From: an uncultured delta proteobacterium
Lineage (GTDB): Bacteria; Myxococcota; UBA727; VGSZ01
NCBI GenBank assembly: GCA_963775425.1
Contig: CAVZJB010000002.1
Coordinates: forward strand, 1-64,000
Direction: 5' to 3'
DNA: 64,000 nt
Position numbers and translations under genes: made by a program. This document shows positions 35,729 through 46,239 of this stretch, piece by piece. The notes under the pieces are model-generated. The model did not search any database. It saw only the letters and a list, made by a program, of their open reading frames with translations, and was not told the origin of the DNA. How positions within the stretch are numbered: position 1 is the stretch's first letter; every line of letters begins with the position of its first letter.

Positions 35729-36230
35729 CTATGCGCGCGCGAGGGCGATGCCGAGACCGCCGACGAGGTCGGGGGCGCCGTCGACCACCTCACGCCACAG
35801 CGCGATGGCCGCCTCGCGCGCGGGCGGTCGCGCGCGGCGCGGAAGGCCTCGCGCAGCCACGTGCCGAGGGCGCCGCCGACGCCGAGGAAGCCGGCGCGCG
35901 GCCGTGGTAGTCGGCGGAGATGCGGTAGGCGATGTCGAGCATGAGGAGGAGCTCGAGGGCGCCGACGCCGAGGCCTGCGACGGAGAACAGGCCTGCAGCT
36001 TCGCTTTCGCCGCCTCCGGCAGCAGGCCCAGGAGCGGGGTGAGCGGGACGAGCGGCACCCAGACGAGGAACGCGAGGGCGGAGCGGCGCCGCTCGGAGGC
36101 GCGCTCGAGGTGCCGCGTGGCGTCACCGGCCGGCGGAACCGGCTGGGCTCGAGCCCTCCGATGGGGAAAGCCGCGGTGAACGCCGCCCCGGCAGCGGGCG
36201 GCCCGGCGGGCCTCCCCGGCCGGGCGCACC
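35729..36230 (-). pseudogene. Possible frameshifted membrane-protein gene
   Basis: Hydrophobic pieces LVWVPLVPLTPLLGLLPE, GLGVGALELLLMLDIAY and GFLGVGGALGTWL fall in different frames. Confidence 0.35.
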
Positions 36231-36298
36231 GACGGTGCGACGCCCGCACGAGACCGTCGACGCCGTCCCGAAAGCGCGCTAGGAACCCGCGTGGCTCT

Positions 36299-36388
36299 GG
36301 AGAGATGGCCGAGTGGCTGAAGGCACGCGACTGGAAATCGCGTAGGCGGGAAACCGTCTCGAGGGTTCGAATCCCTCTCTCTCCGCCA
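36299..36388 (+). tRNA. tRNA-Ser(GGA)
   Basis: 90-nt cloverleaf GGAGAGA...CGCGA-CTGGAAA-TCGCG, long variable arm, GGTTCGAATCC, 3' GCCA. Confidence 0.97.
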
Positions 36389-36493
36389 GTTCCTCGTCGA
36401 CAAAACGCCGAAACCGAAGTTGGCATGCGAGGCCGGCCGGAGACCTGGGCCCTCGGGTCCGCCGCTGTCGTGTTACGGTGCCGCGTGCGCGTG

Positions 36494-37198
36494 ATGTGGC
36501 TCCTGCTCGTCGTCGCGGCGCCGGCGTGGGCCGACGACGCGGAGCTTGCGAAGGGACTCACCGGCGTGATCGCCGGCGAGCTCGCGAAGAGCCCCGCGCT
36601 CGAGGTGCTGTCGAGCGCAGACATCCGGCGGGTCGTCGAGCTCGAGGGAGACAAGGCGGCGATGGGCTGCGCGGCGGAGTCGTGCCTCGCGGAGATCGCC
36701 AACGCGCTCGGCGCGCGCTTCGTCGTCTTCGGTGAGCTCGCGCGCATCGAGGGGACGTACGTCTTTTCGGCGACCCTCTACGACTCCGAACAGGGGCGCG
36801 CGGCGAGCCGCGTGGTGCGCCGCGCCAAGAGCGCCGCCGAGCTCCTCGACGCGGCGCCGGGCGCGACGCGCGAGCTGGTGGGTCCCGCGGTGTTCGGCCT
36901 GTCACCGGACAAGAAGCGGCGCGTGCTCGTCCTCGACATCCACCCCCCCGCGCCGCCCGCGAGCAAGCCCGCGCCCGCGCCGAGCGCCGGAGGGGTCGTG
37001 CACTTCTGGATGCTCACCCTCGGCGCCGGCGGCGCCCTCGCCGTCGCCGGCGGCGTCTACGATTATCTCGCGCCGACGAGCAACAACGAGCACTTCGACC
37101 CCGAGGACCTCATCGGCGCCGGCCTCGTCGGCGGCGGCCTCCTCCTCGGTGGCGTCGGCGTCTGGATGTGGATCGACGAGCCCTCGGAGGGCGGATGA
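36494..37198 (+). CDS. Myxobacterial-type exported protein with C-terminal TM helices
   Basis: VLSSADIRRVVELE...GC...SCLAEIANALGARFVVFG segment; two C-terminal TM segments. Confidence 0.7.
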   Translation: MWLLLVVAAPAWADDAELAKGLTGVIAGELAKSPALEVLSSADIRRVVELEGDKAAMGCAAESCLAEIANALGARFVVFGELARIEGTYVFSATLYDSEQGRAASRVVRRAKSAAELLDAAPGATRELVGPAVFGLSPDKKRRVLVLDIHPPAPPASKPAPAPSAGGVVHFWMLTLGAGGALAVAGGVYDYLAPTSNNEHFDPEDLIGAGLVGGGLLLGGVGVWMWIDEPSEGG

Positions 37199-37881
37199 GG
37201 CCGGTGCCCCTCGTCGTGACGGCGTGGCTCCTGTCGGGCTGCGGCCTGTCGAACGCGTTCTTTCACGTGCCGGACTTCCAGCAGGTGGACAACGCGACCG
37301 CGTGCCGCGCGCTGAAGGACGCCGAGGCGCAGGTGTTCGCCGACTGCAGCGGCACCGCGGTCATCCCCCCGGAGCAGCGCGGCTACGAATTCTGCCCCGA
37401 TCGCCTGAACACCCGGGATCCGCTCTGCGCGAGCTTCTTCCAGTGCCAGGCCGACACGCTGGCCTGCGTCGACGGCTTCCCCCAGCCCGGCCCCGATGCG
37501 GCGACGTGCGACGGCATCGTCGACGGCCGCTGCGACGACCCTTTCGCGGACATCAGCGTCACCGTGTCCTTCACCGCTGAGCTCGACGGTGGCCAGGACT
37601 GCGCGGCCGCCGGCGTCGTCGAGCTCACCCTCACCGCCAGCGGCGTGCCCGGCGCGAGCACCACCAGCGCCGGCGCGTGCTCCGACCCGGTGCACGAAGT
37701 CGGGATTCAGAAGACCTTCTTTCCCGGGTCGCTCCAGATCATCGGCCTCGACGGCCCCTTCGACGACTTCCCCAATTCGCGACCCCTGTTCGTGTCGGAA
37801 TCGATTGACGTGTCGCTGGACGACATCGACGCCCAGGACAAGCTCGATCTCGGGGACGTCGTCCTGCACCCGGTCCCGTAG
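37195..37881 (+). CDS. Cys-rich lipoprotein
   Basis: Lipobox LSGC; many Cys; ATGA overlap with the upstream gene. Confidence 0.7.
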   Translation: MRPVPLVVTAWLLSGCGLSNAFFHVPDFQQVDNATACRALKDAEAQVFADCSGTAVIPPEQRGYEFCPDRLNTRDPLCASFFQCQADTLACVDGFPQPGPDAATCDGIVDGRCDDPFADISVTVSFTAELDGGQDCAAAGVVELTLTASGVPGASTTSAGACSDPVHEVGIQKTFFPGSLQIIGLDGPFDDFPNSRPLFVSESIDVSLDDIDAQDKLDLGDVVLHPVP

Positions 37882-38071
37882 CGCCGCGGCGGGACGACCA
37901 CGCCGCCGCCGGCGCTGCCACGAAGGCATTCGCAAACCGACCCGGTTGCCCGCTCCTCGTGTGGGATCGCCCGCCTGAGGGTCGCGCGACACAGCGCGCT
38001 CCACCTCGAGCGCGCCGCCGAGCGCCGCCGAGCGGGTATGAAGGTTGCGGTGCCTCTTCGCGGAGGCGCAC

Positions 38072-38185
38072 GTGACGCTCGTTCCTCTCCTTCTCGATGC
38101 GGCCGTGCGCCTCTATGTCGCGTTCTGGCTCCACTGCTGGCAGGTCGCCGCCGGCGTCTACCAGTGCGTGGGAGGCCACTCGTAG
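38072..38185 (+). CDS. Candidate 37-aa small hydrophobic protein
   Basis: GGAGG Shine-Dalgarno, GTG start, MTLVPLLLDAAVRLYVAFWLHCWQVAAGVYQCVGGHS. Confidence 0.35.
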   Translation: MTLVPLLLDAAVRLYVAFWLHCWQVAAGVYQCVGGHS

Positions 38186-38326
38186 GTGCGGCGACGCGTC
38201 CGTCGCCGCGGGCGCTCGTCGACCTTCCGCGCGGCCGGACTTCGGCGCGCGCCACGGCGGCCCGCGGAGATCCGGCGTCAAATCTCTGTCGCGCAACGCA
38301 GCGTCGCTAGCCTTCATCGAAGAGCC

Positions 38327-38905
38327 ATGCCGAAGCTTGTCGACAAAGCCGCCGCCGCCGCCAGGAACGTCTCCGCCAGGAGCCGATCGTCCGGCGTCGC
38401 CGCCATCGCCGCCGCCGCCGCCGCCGCGCTGTCGTCGTGCGCGACGACGTACACGCAGGCGCATGACCTGCCGCCGCTCGAGGCCGTGCCGCAGGTGGAC
38501 CTGCAGCGCTACATGGGCACCTGGTACGAGATCGCGAGCATCCCGCAGTCGTTCCAGCGGGGCTGCACCAAGACCACAGCGACCTACTCGCTGCGCAAGG
38601 ACGGCACCGTCGACGTCGTGAACCGCTGCATCGTGGACGGCAAGGAGAAGGTGGCCCGCGGCCGCGCGCGCGTAGCGGAGTCGTCGTCCAAGCTCGAGGT
38701 GAGCTTCTTCGGCCCGTTCTGGGCGCCCTATTGGATCATCAATCTCGCCGGCGACTACAGCACCGCCGTGGTCGGCCACCCGAGCCGCGACTACCTGTGG
38801 ATCTTGAGCCGCACGCCCACGCTCGACGCGCAGACGTACGCGGGCCTCATCGCGCGTGCGCAAGCGCTCGGCTACGACACCGGGCGTCTCGTCAGAACCG
38901 AGTGA
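38327..38905 (+). CDS. blc: Bacterial lipocalin lipoprotein
   Basis: VDLQRYMGTWYEIA, KLEVSFFGPF and YLWILSRTP motifs; lipobox LSSC. Confidence 0.93.
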   Translation: MPKLVDKAAAAARNVSARSRSSGVAAIAAAAAAALSSCATTYTQAHDLPPLEAVPQVDLQRYMGTWYEIASIPQSFQRGCTKTTATYSLRKDGTVDVVNRCIVDGKEKVARGRARVAESSSKLEVSFFGPFWAPYWIINLAGDYSTAVVGHPSRDYLWILSRTPTLDAQTYAGLIARAQALGYDTGRLVRTE

Positions 38906-38919
38906 GCTAAACTGCGGGC

Positions 38920-39306
38920 ATGGCGCTCGTCGACGACATTCGGGAGCTGCGCGCACAGGTCGACGCCGAAGTGCTCGCCGCGGACGCGCTCCGCGTCCAT
39001 GCGCAGATCGCGCTGATAAACGTCGGCGGCGGCATCGCCTTCCTCGCCGTCGCCCTCGGAGGCATGCTCGGCGCGCCCGCCGTCGGCAGCGCGTGCCTCA
39101 CCGAGGAAAACGCCATCTGGCTCAAGCCCATCCTCGCCGTCGCGCTGTTCGGGTGCCCGGTGTTCGCCTTCCTCACCAGGCAGCTCGCGCGCGTCGCCGT
39201 GCGCGCGCGCCTGCGGCGCGCCGTGCGTGACGCCCGCGGTCCGGAGCTCGAGTCCGGGGTCGGCGGGTCGTCGACGTCGTCGGCCATCCCGTTCGGGCGG
39301 GAGTGA
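38920..39306 (+). CDS. Small membrane hypothetical protein
   Basis: 128 aa, two TM helices. Confidence 0.55.
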   Translation: MALVDDIRELRAQVDAEVLAADALRVHAQIALINVGGGIAFLAVALGGMLGAPAVGSACLTEENAIWLKPILAVALFGCPVFAFLTRQLARVAVRARLRRAVRDARGPELESGVGGSSTSSAIPFGRE

Positions 39307-39325
39307 GCTGCGGACGCCGCGGCGC

Positions 39326-39868
39326 TCAATTGCGCGCGCGGAGCGCCGCGCGCCGCGGCTTGTGACGCACGACCCACCACTCTCGCGCGCCCACGCCGCA
39401 GCGCACGAGCGCGTCGGCGAAGAACGTGAGCAGCGCGGCCACACCGAGCGCGTAGGCCGCGTGCGGTGTCGCGACGTCGGCGACGGTCGGCAGCAAGAGC
39501 GCCACGACCGTTCCGCCGACGCCGATGACGGCGCACAGCGCGGCGGCGAGGTGCGCGAAGAAGCGCGGCTTCTCTCGCGCCGCTGCCCGCGCGGCGGCGG
39601 CGACCAGCGCCGCAGACGCGAGGAGCAGGACGGGGCCAAGCCACAGGACGGGCTTTTGTCGAAGGCCGTCCGCCAGCAGCCCGTAACCGGTCCAGGTGAC
39701 GGGCGGGCTCGTCCCTTCGCAGCCCGTCGTCGTCACCCAGGGGAACACGAGCAACACCGCCAACGTCCCGAGGATCGACAGCCGGTGCCACCACCCCCGC
39801 AGCGACAGCGGTCGCGGCGAGCGAGGGGTGCGCAGGGGCAAGCGTGAGGCGGCGGCGGCGGAGCTCAT
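39326..39868 (-). CDS. Membrane hypothetical protein
   Basis: About 4 TM helices; FPWV...C...TGYGL pattern. Confidence 0.55.
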   Translation of the reverse strand: MSSAAAASRLPLRTPRSPRPLSLRGWWHRLSILGTLAVLLVFPWVTTTGCEGTSPPVTWTGYGLLADGLRQKPVLWLGPVLLLASAALVAAAARAAAREKPRFFAHLAAALCAVIGVGGTVVALLLPTVADVATPHAAYALGVAALLTFFADALVRCGVGAREWWVVRHKPRRAALRARN

Positions 39869-39936
39869 GTCGACGTGCGAACGGCCCCGGCGCCGAAAGG
39901 ATTCCGACGGTGTGGCGCGGGTCACCGCGCCCGCGA

Positions 39937-41160
39937 TCAGGGGCGCAGGGCGTCGCGCGCGGCCAGCACGCGAGCGCGGGCGGCGGCGGGGTCGGCCGCC
40001 ATGGCGATGAGGTGGCCCATCTTTCTGCCCGGGCGCGCCTCGCTCTTGCCGTAGAGGTGGAGCTTCACGTCGGGGAACGCGAGCGCGGCGCTCCAGCGCG
40101 GCTCGCCGCCCTGCCACAGGTCGCCGAGCAGGTTGGCCATGGCCACCGGCCGAAGCAGATCCACGTCGCCGAGGGGGAGGCCGCACACCGCGCGCAACTG
40201 CTGTTCGAACTGCGAGGTGACGCACGCGTCGAACGAGAAGTGCCCCGAGTTGTGCGGGCGCGGCGCGAGCTCGTTGACGATGAGCTTGCCGGTGTTGCTG
40301 CCGTCGTCGATCCAGAACAGCTCCACCGCTAGGACGCCGACCAGGTCGAGGCTCTTGGCAACCGACACCGCCAGGTCCACCGCCGCCTTCTTGGTGGCCT
40401 CGGGCACCGACGCCGGCACCACGGTGACGTCGAGGATGTGGTGCACGTGGTGGTTCTCCGCCACCGGGAAGGTCACCACCTCGCCCGTGCGCGCCCGCGC
40501 CACGATGACGCTCAACTCGAGCGTGAACGGCACGAACCCCTCGAGCACGCCCATGGGTTGCGCCAACGCCTCCCACGCCGCCTGGAGCGCCTGCGCCGGC
40601 AGCGCGCCGCCGGCGTCGTCGTCTCCCGGTGACGGTGACGGTGACGGTGACGCTGCCGATGAATCGATGCGCGTCTGGCCCTTGCCGTCGTAGCCGAACG
40701 TGGCGGTCTTCAGGATGCACGGCGTCTTCAGTTGCGCCACCGCGCTCTTCAGGTCGTCGACGGACTGCACCGGACGAAACGGCGCCGTCGGGAAGCCGTG
40801 CGTCTGCAGGAACGTCTTTTCTCGCAGCCGGTGGCGCGTGGTGTCGAGCACCAGCGGCGCGGGGTACACCGGCGCCACCTCCGCCACCTTCTGCAGCGTC
40901 TCGTAGGGGATGTTCTCGAACTCGAAGGTGACGACGTCGACGGCCTCGGCGAAGCGCAGCGCGGTGGCGATGTCGTCGTAGGGCGCGCTCCACTCGACGT
41001 CGGCCACCTGTCCCGTCGGGCAGTCGGGCGCGGGATCGAGCGCGTGCACGCGGTAGCCCATGCGACGCGCGGCGATGGCGAACATGCGCCCGAGCTGACC
41101 GCCGCCGAGGATGCCGATGGTCTTTCCGGGGATGATGACGTCGTCGCGGGGTCTGCTCAT
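39937..41160 (-). CDS. purK: N5-carboxyaminoimidazole ribonucleotide synthase
   Basis: [38 protein letters not shown] and LYGK...GRKMGH motifs. Confidence 0.97.
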   Translation of the reverse strand: MSRPRDDVIIPGKTIGILGGGQLGRMFAIAARRMGYRVHALDPAPDCPTGQVADVEWSAPYDDIATALRFAEAVDVVTFEFENIPYETLQKVAEVAPVYPAPLVLDTTRHRLREKTFLQTHGFPTAPFRPVQSVDDLKSAVAQLKTPCILKTATFGYDGKGQTRIDSSAASPSPSPSPGDDDAGGALPAQALQAAWEALAQPMGVLEGFVPFTLELSVIVARARTGEVVTFPVAENHHVHHILDVTVVPASVPEATKKAAVDLAVSVAKSLDLVGVLAVELFWIDDGSNTGKLIVNELAPRPHNSGHFSFDACVTSQFEQQLRAVCGLPLGDVDLLRPVAMANLLGDLWQGGEPRWSAALAFPDVKLHLYGKSEARPGRKMGHLIAMAADPAAARARVLAARDALRP

Positions 41161-41672
41161 GGGTCCGCCGGCTTGCTCGCGAGCGCCGCGCGCGTCTGCT
41201 TGTCGCGCCACGCGATGAGGCGCGCGCGCAGCTTGTCGTCCTCGAGCGCCAGGATGGACGCTGCGAGCAGCCCCGCGTTCTTCGCGCCGCTCTCGCCGAT
41301 GGCCAGCGTGCCGACGGGGACGCCGCCCGGCATCTGCACGATCGACAACAGCGAGTCGAGCCCAGACAGCGCACGCGACTGCACCGGCACGCCGAGCACC
41401 GGCAGGTGCGTCTTGGCCGCCACCATCCCGGGCAGGTGCGCCGCGCCGCCGGCGCCCGCGATGATCACCTTCAGCCCCCGGCCGGCGGCGGCGTCCGCGT
41501 ACTCGAACATGCGATCCGGCGTGCGGTGCGCCGACACCACCTTCATCTCGTACGCGACGCCGAGCGCGTCGAGCACCTCGGCCGCGCGCTTCATCGTCGG
41601 GCCGTCGCTGGCGCTGCCCATGATGATCCCGACCACGGGCGCGCGCGAGCGGTGAGGTCGGGCCTTGGGCAT
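41157..41672 (-). CDS. purE: N5-CAIR mutase
   Basis: [25 protein letters not shown] and [11 protein letters not shown] motifs. Confidence 0.97.
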   Translation of the reverse strand: MPKARPHRSRAPVVGIIMGSASDGPTMKRAAEVLDALGVAYEMKVVSAHRTPDRMFEYADAAAGRGLKVIIAGAGGAAHLPGMVAAKTHLPVLGVPVQSRALSGLDSLLSIVQMPGGVPVGTLAIGESGAKNAGLLAASILALEDDKLRARLIAWRDKQTRAALASKPADP

Positions 41673-41799
41673 GGCGCGCCATACCACACCCGCGGACCTG
41701 TCTCGACGTGTCTGTGCGCGCGCCGTCACGCCGTGCCGCGGGCGCCGCTCGCTACCATCGAAGCACGCGCGGGCCTTGGGCGCGACACGGGAGAACAAC

Positions 41800-43419
41800 A
41801 TGGCAGACACGCTGGCGCTCCGCGCGCTGCTCGAGCGTTCCTCTTTGCGGCCGGGGACCCGCGGCGAGGTCCACCTCCTCGTCGACGTCACCGCCACCGG
41901 CGCGCCCGTCGACGCCGTGCGCCCCGCGCTCTCCGTCGTCTTCGTCCTCGACGCCTCCGGCTCCATGGGCGGCGAACCGCTCGCGCAGGTCGTCGCCTCC
42001 GTGAGCATGCTCGTCGACCTGCTCGCCCCCGAGGACAAGGTCGGCGTGGTGTCGTTCTCCACCCAGGCCGCCGAGGTCTGCGCGCTCCAGCCGCTCACCC
42101 CCGAGGCCAGGAGGGTCGTCAAGAAGCGCACCGCCTCCATCCGCGCCCTCGAGGCCACCAACATCGAGGCCGGCCTCAGGAAGGCGCGCGCCATGCTCGG
42201 CGCGCGTACCCCTCACGAGCGCCAGGTGATCCTCCTGCTCTCCGACGGCGCGCCCAACGCCGGCGCCGCCACCCCCGACGCCCTCGCCCGCGTCGCCGAG
42301 GAGATGCGCGCCGACGTCAGCGTCTCCACCCTCGGCTACGGCGCCGGCCACAACGCCGACGTCCTCCACGCCGTCGCCCACGCCGGCGGCGGCCAGTACT
42401 GGTTCGTCCCCGACCCCCAGGAGGCGAGCCTCGAGTTCGCGCGCGCCCTCGGCGCCCAGGGCGACATCGTCGCCGACAACATCGAGCTCGTGCTGTCGCC
42501 CGCCGACGCCTGCGAGGTCAAAGAGCTGCTCGGCCAGCGCGTGCGCTTCGGAAAGAGCGGGCCCGTCACGGCGCTCCCCGATCTGCGCGACGGCCAAAAG
42601 CGCCTCGTCGTCGCCGCGCTCGACGTCACCGCGCCGCGCGAGCCGGGGCCGCTCGACGTCGCCACGGCCACCGTGCGCTACCGCGCCGCCGGCAGCGCCG
42701 AAAAACACGAGGTGCAGGCGCGCGTGGTCGTGGACGTCGTGGACCGCGAGCCGTCGCTCGTCGTCGAGGCGCACCACGCGGCGTTGATGGCGCGCGCCGA
42801 GATGGTGCGCGCGCAGGCGCGCGGCGCCGCGGACCGGAACAACTTCGACCAGGCCGCGGCCATCCTGCGCAAGATGATCGGCGCGCTCGAGGGGGCGCCC
42901 GGCTACGTCGCCGCCGATGGCTCCCCGCTGTCGGAGTGCGTCGAGCAGCTCGTCGACGAGGCGGTCGAGTACGAGCAGCGCCCGAGCCTCGAGCGCTACC
43001 GGGCGTTCCGCGCCACGCAGCTCGGCGTGGAGGTGTCGCAGGGCTCGGTGCACGCGCAGGACTTCAAGGGTGCGTCGCCGCGCTCCGCGGCCATCATGGC
43101 GGCGGCCACGGGCCCGGCCTTGCCCGGCGCGCTCGTGGTGCGCGACAGCGCGGGCAACGTGATCGATCGCGTGCCCGTCGCCCACGAGCTCACCGTCGGG
43201 CGCGTGCCGGGCAACGACATCGTGCTCGCGTCGGGGGGCATCTCCAAGCGACACACGCGCTTCTGCTGCCGCGACGGCAAGCTGATCGTCGTCGACCTGA
43301 AGGCCACCAACGGCACCAGCGTGAACGGCCAGCGCATCCAGGCCCCGCGCGTCCTCAACAAGGGTGACATCGTCCAGCTCGGCGGCTTCACCATCGAGCG
43401 CGTCGACGAAGATCCCTGA
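41800..43419 (+). CDS. vWA domain protein with C-terminal FHA domain
   Basis: [15 protein letters not shown] and LLSDG motifs; FHA GRVPGND...ISKRH...[12 protein letters not shown]. Confidence 0.9.
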   Translation: MADTLALRALLERSSLRPGTRGEVHLLVDVTATGAPVDAVRPALSVVFVLDASGSMGGEPLAQVVASVSMLVDLLAPEDKVGVVSFSTQAAEVCALQPLTPEARRVVKKRTASIRALEATNIEAGLRKARAMLGARTPHERQVILLLSDGAPNAGAATPDALARVAEEMRADVSVSTLGYGAGHNADVLHAVAHAGGGQYWFVPDPQEASLEFARALGAQGDIVADNIELVLSPADACEVKELLGQRVRFGKSGPVTALPDLRDGQKRLVVAALDVTAPREPGPLDVATATVRYRAAGSAEKHEVQARVVVDVVDREPSLVVEAHHAALMARAEMVRAQARGAADRNNFDQAAAILRKMIGALEGAPGYVAADGSPLSECVEQLVDEAVEYEQRPSLERYRAFRATQLGVEVSQGSVHAQDFKGASPRSAAIMAAATGPALPGALVVRDSAGNVIDRVPVAHELTVGRVPGNDIVLASGGISKRHTRFCCRDGKLIVVDLKATNGTSVNGQRIQAPRVLNKGDIVQLGGFTIERVDEDP

Positions 43420-43425
43420 GCGGCC

Positions 43426-45162
43426 TCAGCGAGGGTCGGGCAGGTCGGCGCCGCGCGTGGCCACGAACTGCGCGGCCTGCGCCTGCGCCGGCGGCATCTC
43501 GAAGAGGTCGTGCGGGTCCTGATCGGCGGGGAAGCCGTAGTCGTCGCCATGAAGCGCGACGAGCGCGTCGAGGCCGCCGTCGTCGTGCGCGCTCTCGCGC
43601 TCGGGGACGCCGAGGGCGGCGGCGAGGTCGCGCGTGGAGCCGTTGGGCACGAGCTCGTCGTCGACGTCGAGCTGCATGAGCAGGTGCGGTCGCGCGTCCT
43701 TGCGCGCGTAGGCGATGGGGTCGGCGCCCTCGAGGAGCGGCTGGAGCATGGCGGTGACGAGCGGGTAGGCGTCGTCGTAGACGGGGTCGTCGAGGCCGAT
43801 GCCGAGGAGCGGCCGGATCAGGTACTGCAGGCTGCCGCGCAGGCCGGGCGAGCGAAACACGTCGCAGAGGCCGCCGCCGGGTGCGTTGACGGCGACGACG
43901 TCGGCGTCCTCGCTGACCATGGCGAAGGTGGCGCCGAGCACGGCGCCCATGGAGTGGCCGTAGTAGGCGAGGGAGCCGTCGAGGTCGTCGCCGGGGACGC
44001 CGTCGACGTCGATGTGGCCGCGCACGGCGAGGCTCGAGAGCACGAGCTGGTCGACGACGGTCTGGCGCAGGTTGTCGCGGATGGCGCGCGGGTCGTCGAG
44101 CGTGAAGAAGCCGGTGATGTTGCCGCGCTGGCCGTGGCTGACGGCGTCGATGCCGAGGACGGCGAGGCCGCGGGCGAGAAACGGCGCGGCGTTGTCGACG
44201 ACGAAGGCGTCGCTGCCTTGAAAGCCGTGCTGGAGGATGACCGCGGGCCAGGGCGGCGGGAACGCGGCGGGGTCGGGCTCGACGAGCACGAGCTCGATCT
44301 CGTCGTCGTGCGGCGGGACGGTGCCGTCGAGGACGGCGGGATCGAAGACGCCGGTGTCGGGGTCGCGCATGTCCCTGGACGTGAAGCGGCCGACGGCGAC
44401 GACGCCGGCGCCGGCGAGGCGGGCGGCGATCTCGTCCGGGTGCTGGGTGAGCGACAGCGGGGCGGTGGCGGGCGTGAAGACGCCGTGGCGTCCGTCGCCC
44501 TCGTCGTCGAAGCGGAACGCGGGGACGACGTCGCGGAGAAGATCGCGCGCGCGCACGAGGCCGTCGACGCTGCGCGCGGTGCGGTAGGGGACGACGAGGG
44601 CGACGTGGTCGCCGGCGACGCCGAGGGCGGCGGCCGCGGCGTCCACGTCGCCGTCGAAACCGGCGGGGCGCGGGACGCGCATGCCGCCGACGAGGGAGCG
44701 CAAGACCACGAGGGCGACGCGCGCGCCCTGCGGCAGCGGCGCCGTCGGCTGCACCTCGAGGACGCCGGGGTTTGCGTGCCACGTGGCGCGCGCGCGGACG
44801 GGGGCGCCGGCGCCGTCGAGGGCGATGAACGCGAGCGCGTGCTCGTCGAGCGTCATACCGTCGAGGGGCGCGTCGAAGCGGAGCAGCACGGGCGCGAAGA
44901 CGCCCCAGCCGCCGGCGTCGTGCAGCTGCGCCGACCAACCGACCAGGAGCGTGTCGGTGGCCGTGGTGTCGATGCCCTTGGGGAGGAAGCGGCGCAGCAC
45001 GTCGGGTGTGACGACGACGCCGCGCGCGTCCTGGCTGCGCTCGTCGGGGAGCGGGTTGTCCGCCGCCGCGTCCGGGGACCACAGCGGGGCGGGCGCGTCG
45101 GGCGCGCACGCGCCGGCCAGCGCGGCGAGGGCGACGACGACGGCGACGGCGAGCGCGCGCAT
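43426..45162 (-). CDS. Lipoprotein alpha/beta-hydrolase (lipase-like) with N-terminal Ig-like region
   Basis: Lipobox LAGAC; ILQHG, IDAVSHG and nucleophile GHSMG motifs. Confidence 0.82.
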   Translation of the reverse strand: MRALAVAVVVALAALAGACAPDAPAPLWSPDAAADNPLPDERSQDARGVVVTPDVLRRFLPKGIDTTATDTLLVGWSAQLHDAGGWGVFAPVLLRFDAPLDGMTLDEHALAFIALDGAGAPVRARATWHANPGVLEVQPTAPLPQGARVALVVLRSLVGGMRVPRPAGFDGDVDAAAAALGVAGDHVALVVPYRTARSVDGLVRARDLLRDVVPAFRFDDEGDGRHGVFTPATAPLSLTQHPDEIAARLAGAGVVAVGRFTSRDMRDPDTGVFDPAVLDGTVPPHDDEIELVLVEPDPAAFPPPWPAVILQHGFQGSDAFVVDNAAPFLARGLAVLGIDAVSHGQRGNITGFFTLDDPRAIRDNLRQTVVDQLVLSSLAVRGHIDVDGVPGDDLDGSLAYYGHSMGAVLGATFAMVSEDADVVAVNAPGGGLCDVFRSPGLRGSLQYLIRPLLGIGLDDPVYDDAYPLVTAMLQPLLEGADPIAYARKDARPHLLMQLDVDDELVPNGSTRDLAAALGVPERESAHDDGGLDALVALHGDDYGFPADQDPHDLFEMPPAQAQAAQFVATRGADLPDPR

Positions 45163-45173
45163 GGGACCTCCTC

Positions 45174-45218
45174 GTTGATTCGAGAATCAACATCATTGAC
45201 TCCAGTGTCAACAATGAT
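45174..45218. promoter_or_regulatory. AT-rich tandem palindromic operator sites
   Basis: GTTGATTC-GA-GAATCAAC (perfect), followed by ATCATTGAC...GTCAACAATGAT, in the divergent intergenic region. Confidence 0.6.
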
Positions 45219-45324
45219 CCGCCGGCATCGGTCATCGGGGCGGGCGCGGGGTCAGGGCGCGCCACAGGGGAGGGGCACGCGGCGTCGTGGGTGCGCGGGG
45301 GGCGCGGGCGGTGTATGGCCGGGC

Positions 45325-46235
<911 letters not shown>

Positions 46236-46239
<4 letters not shown>

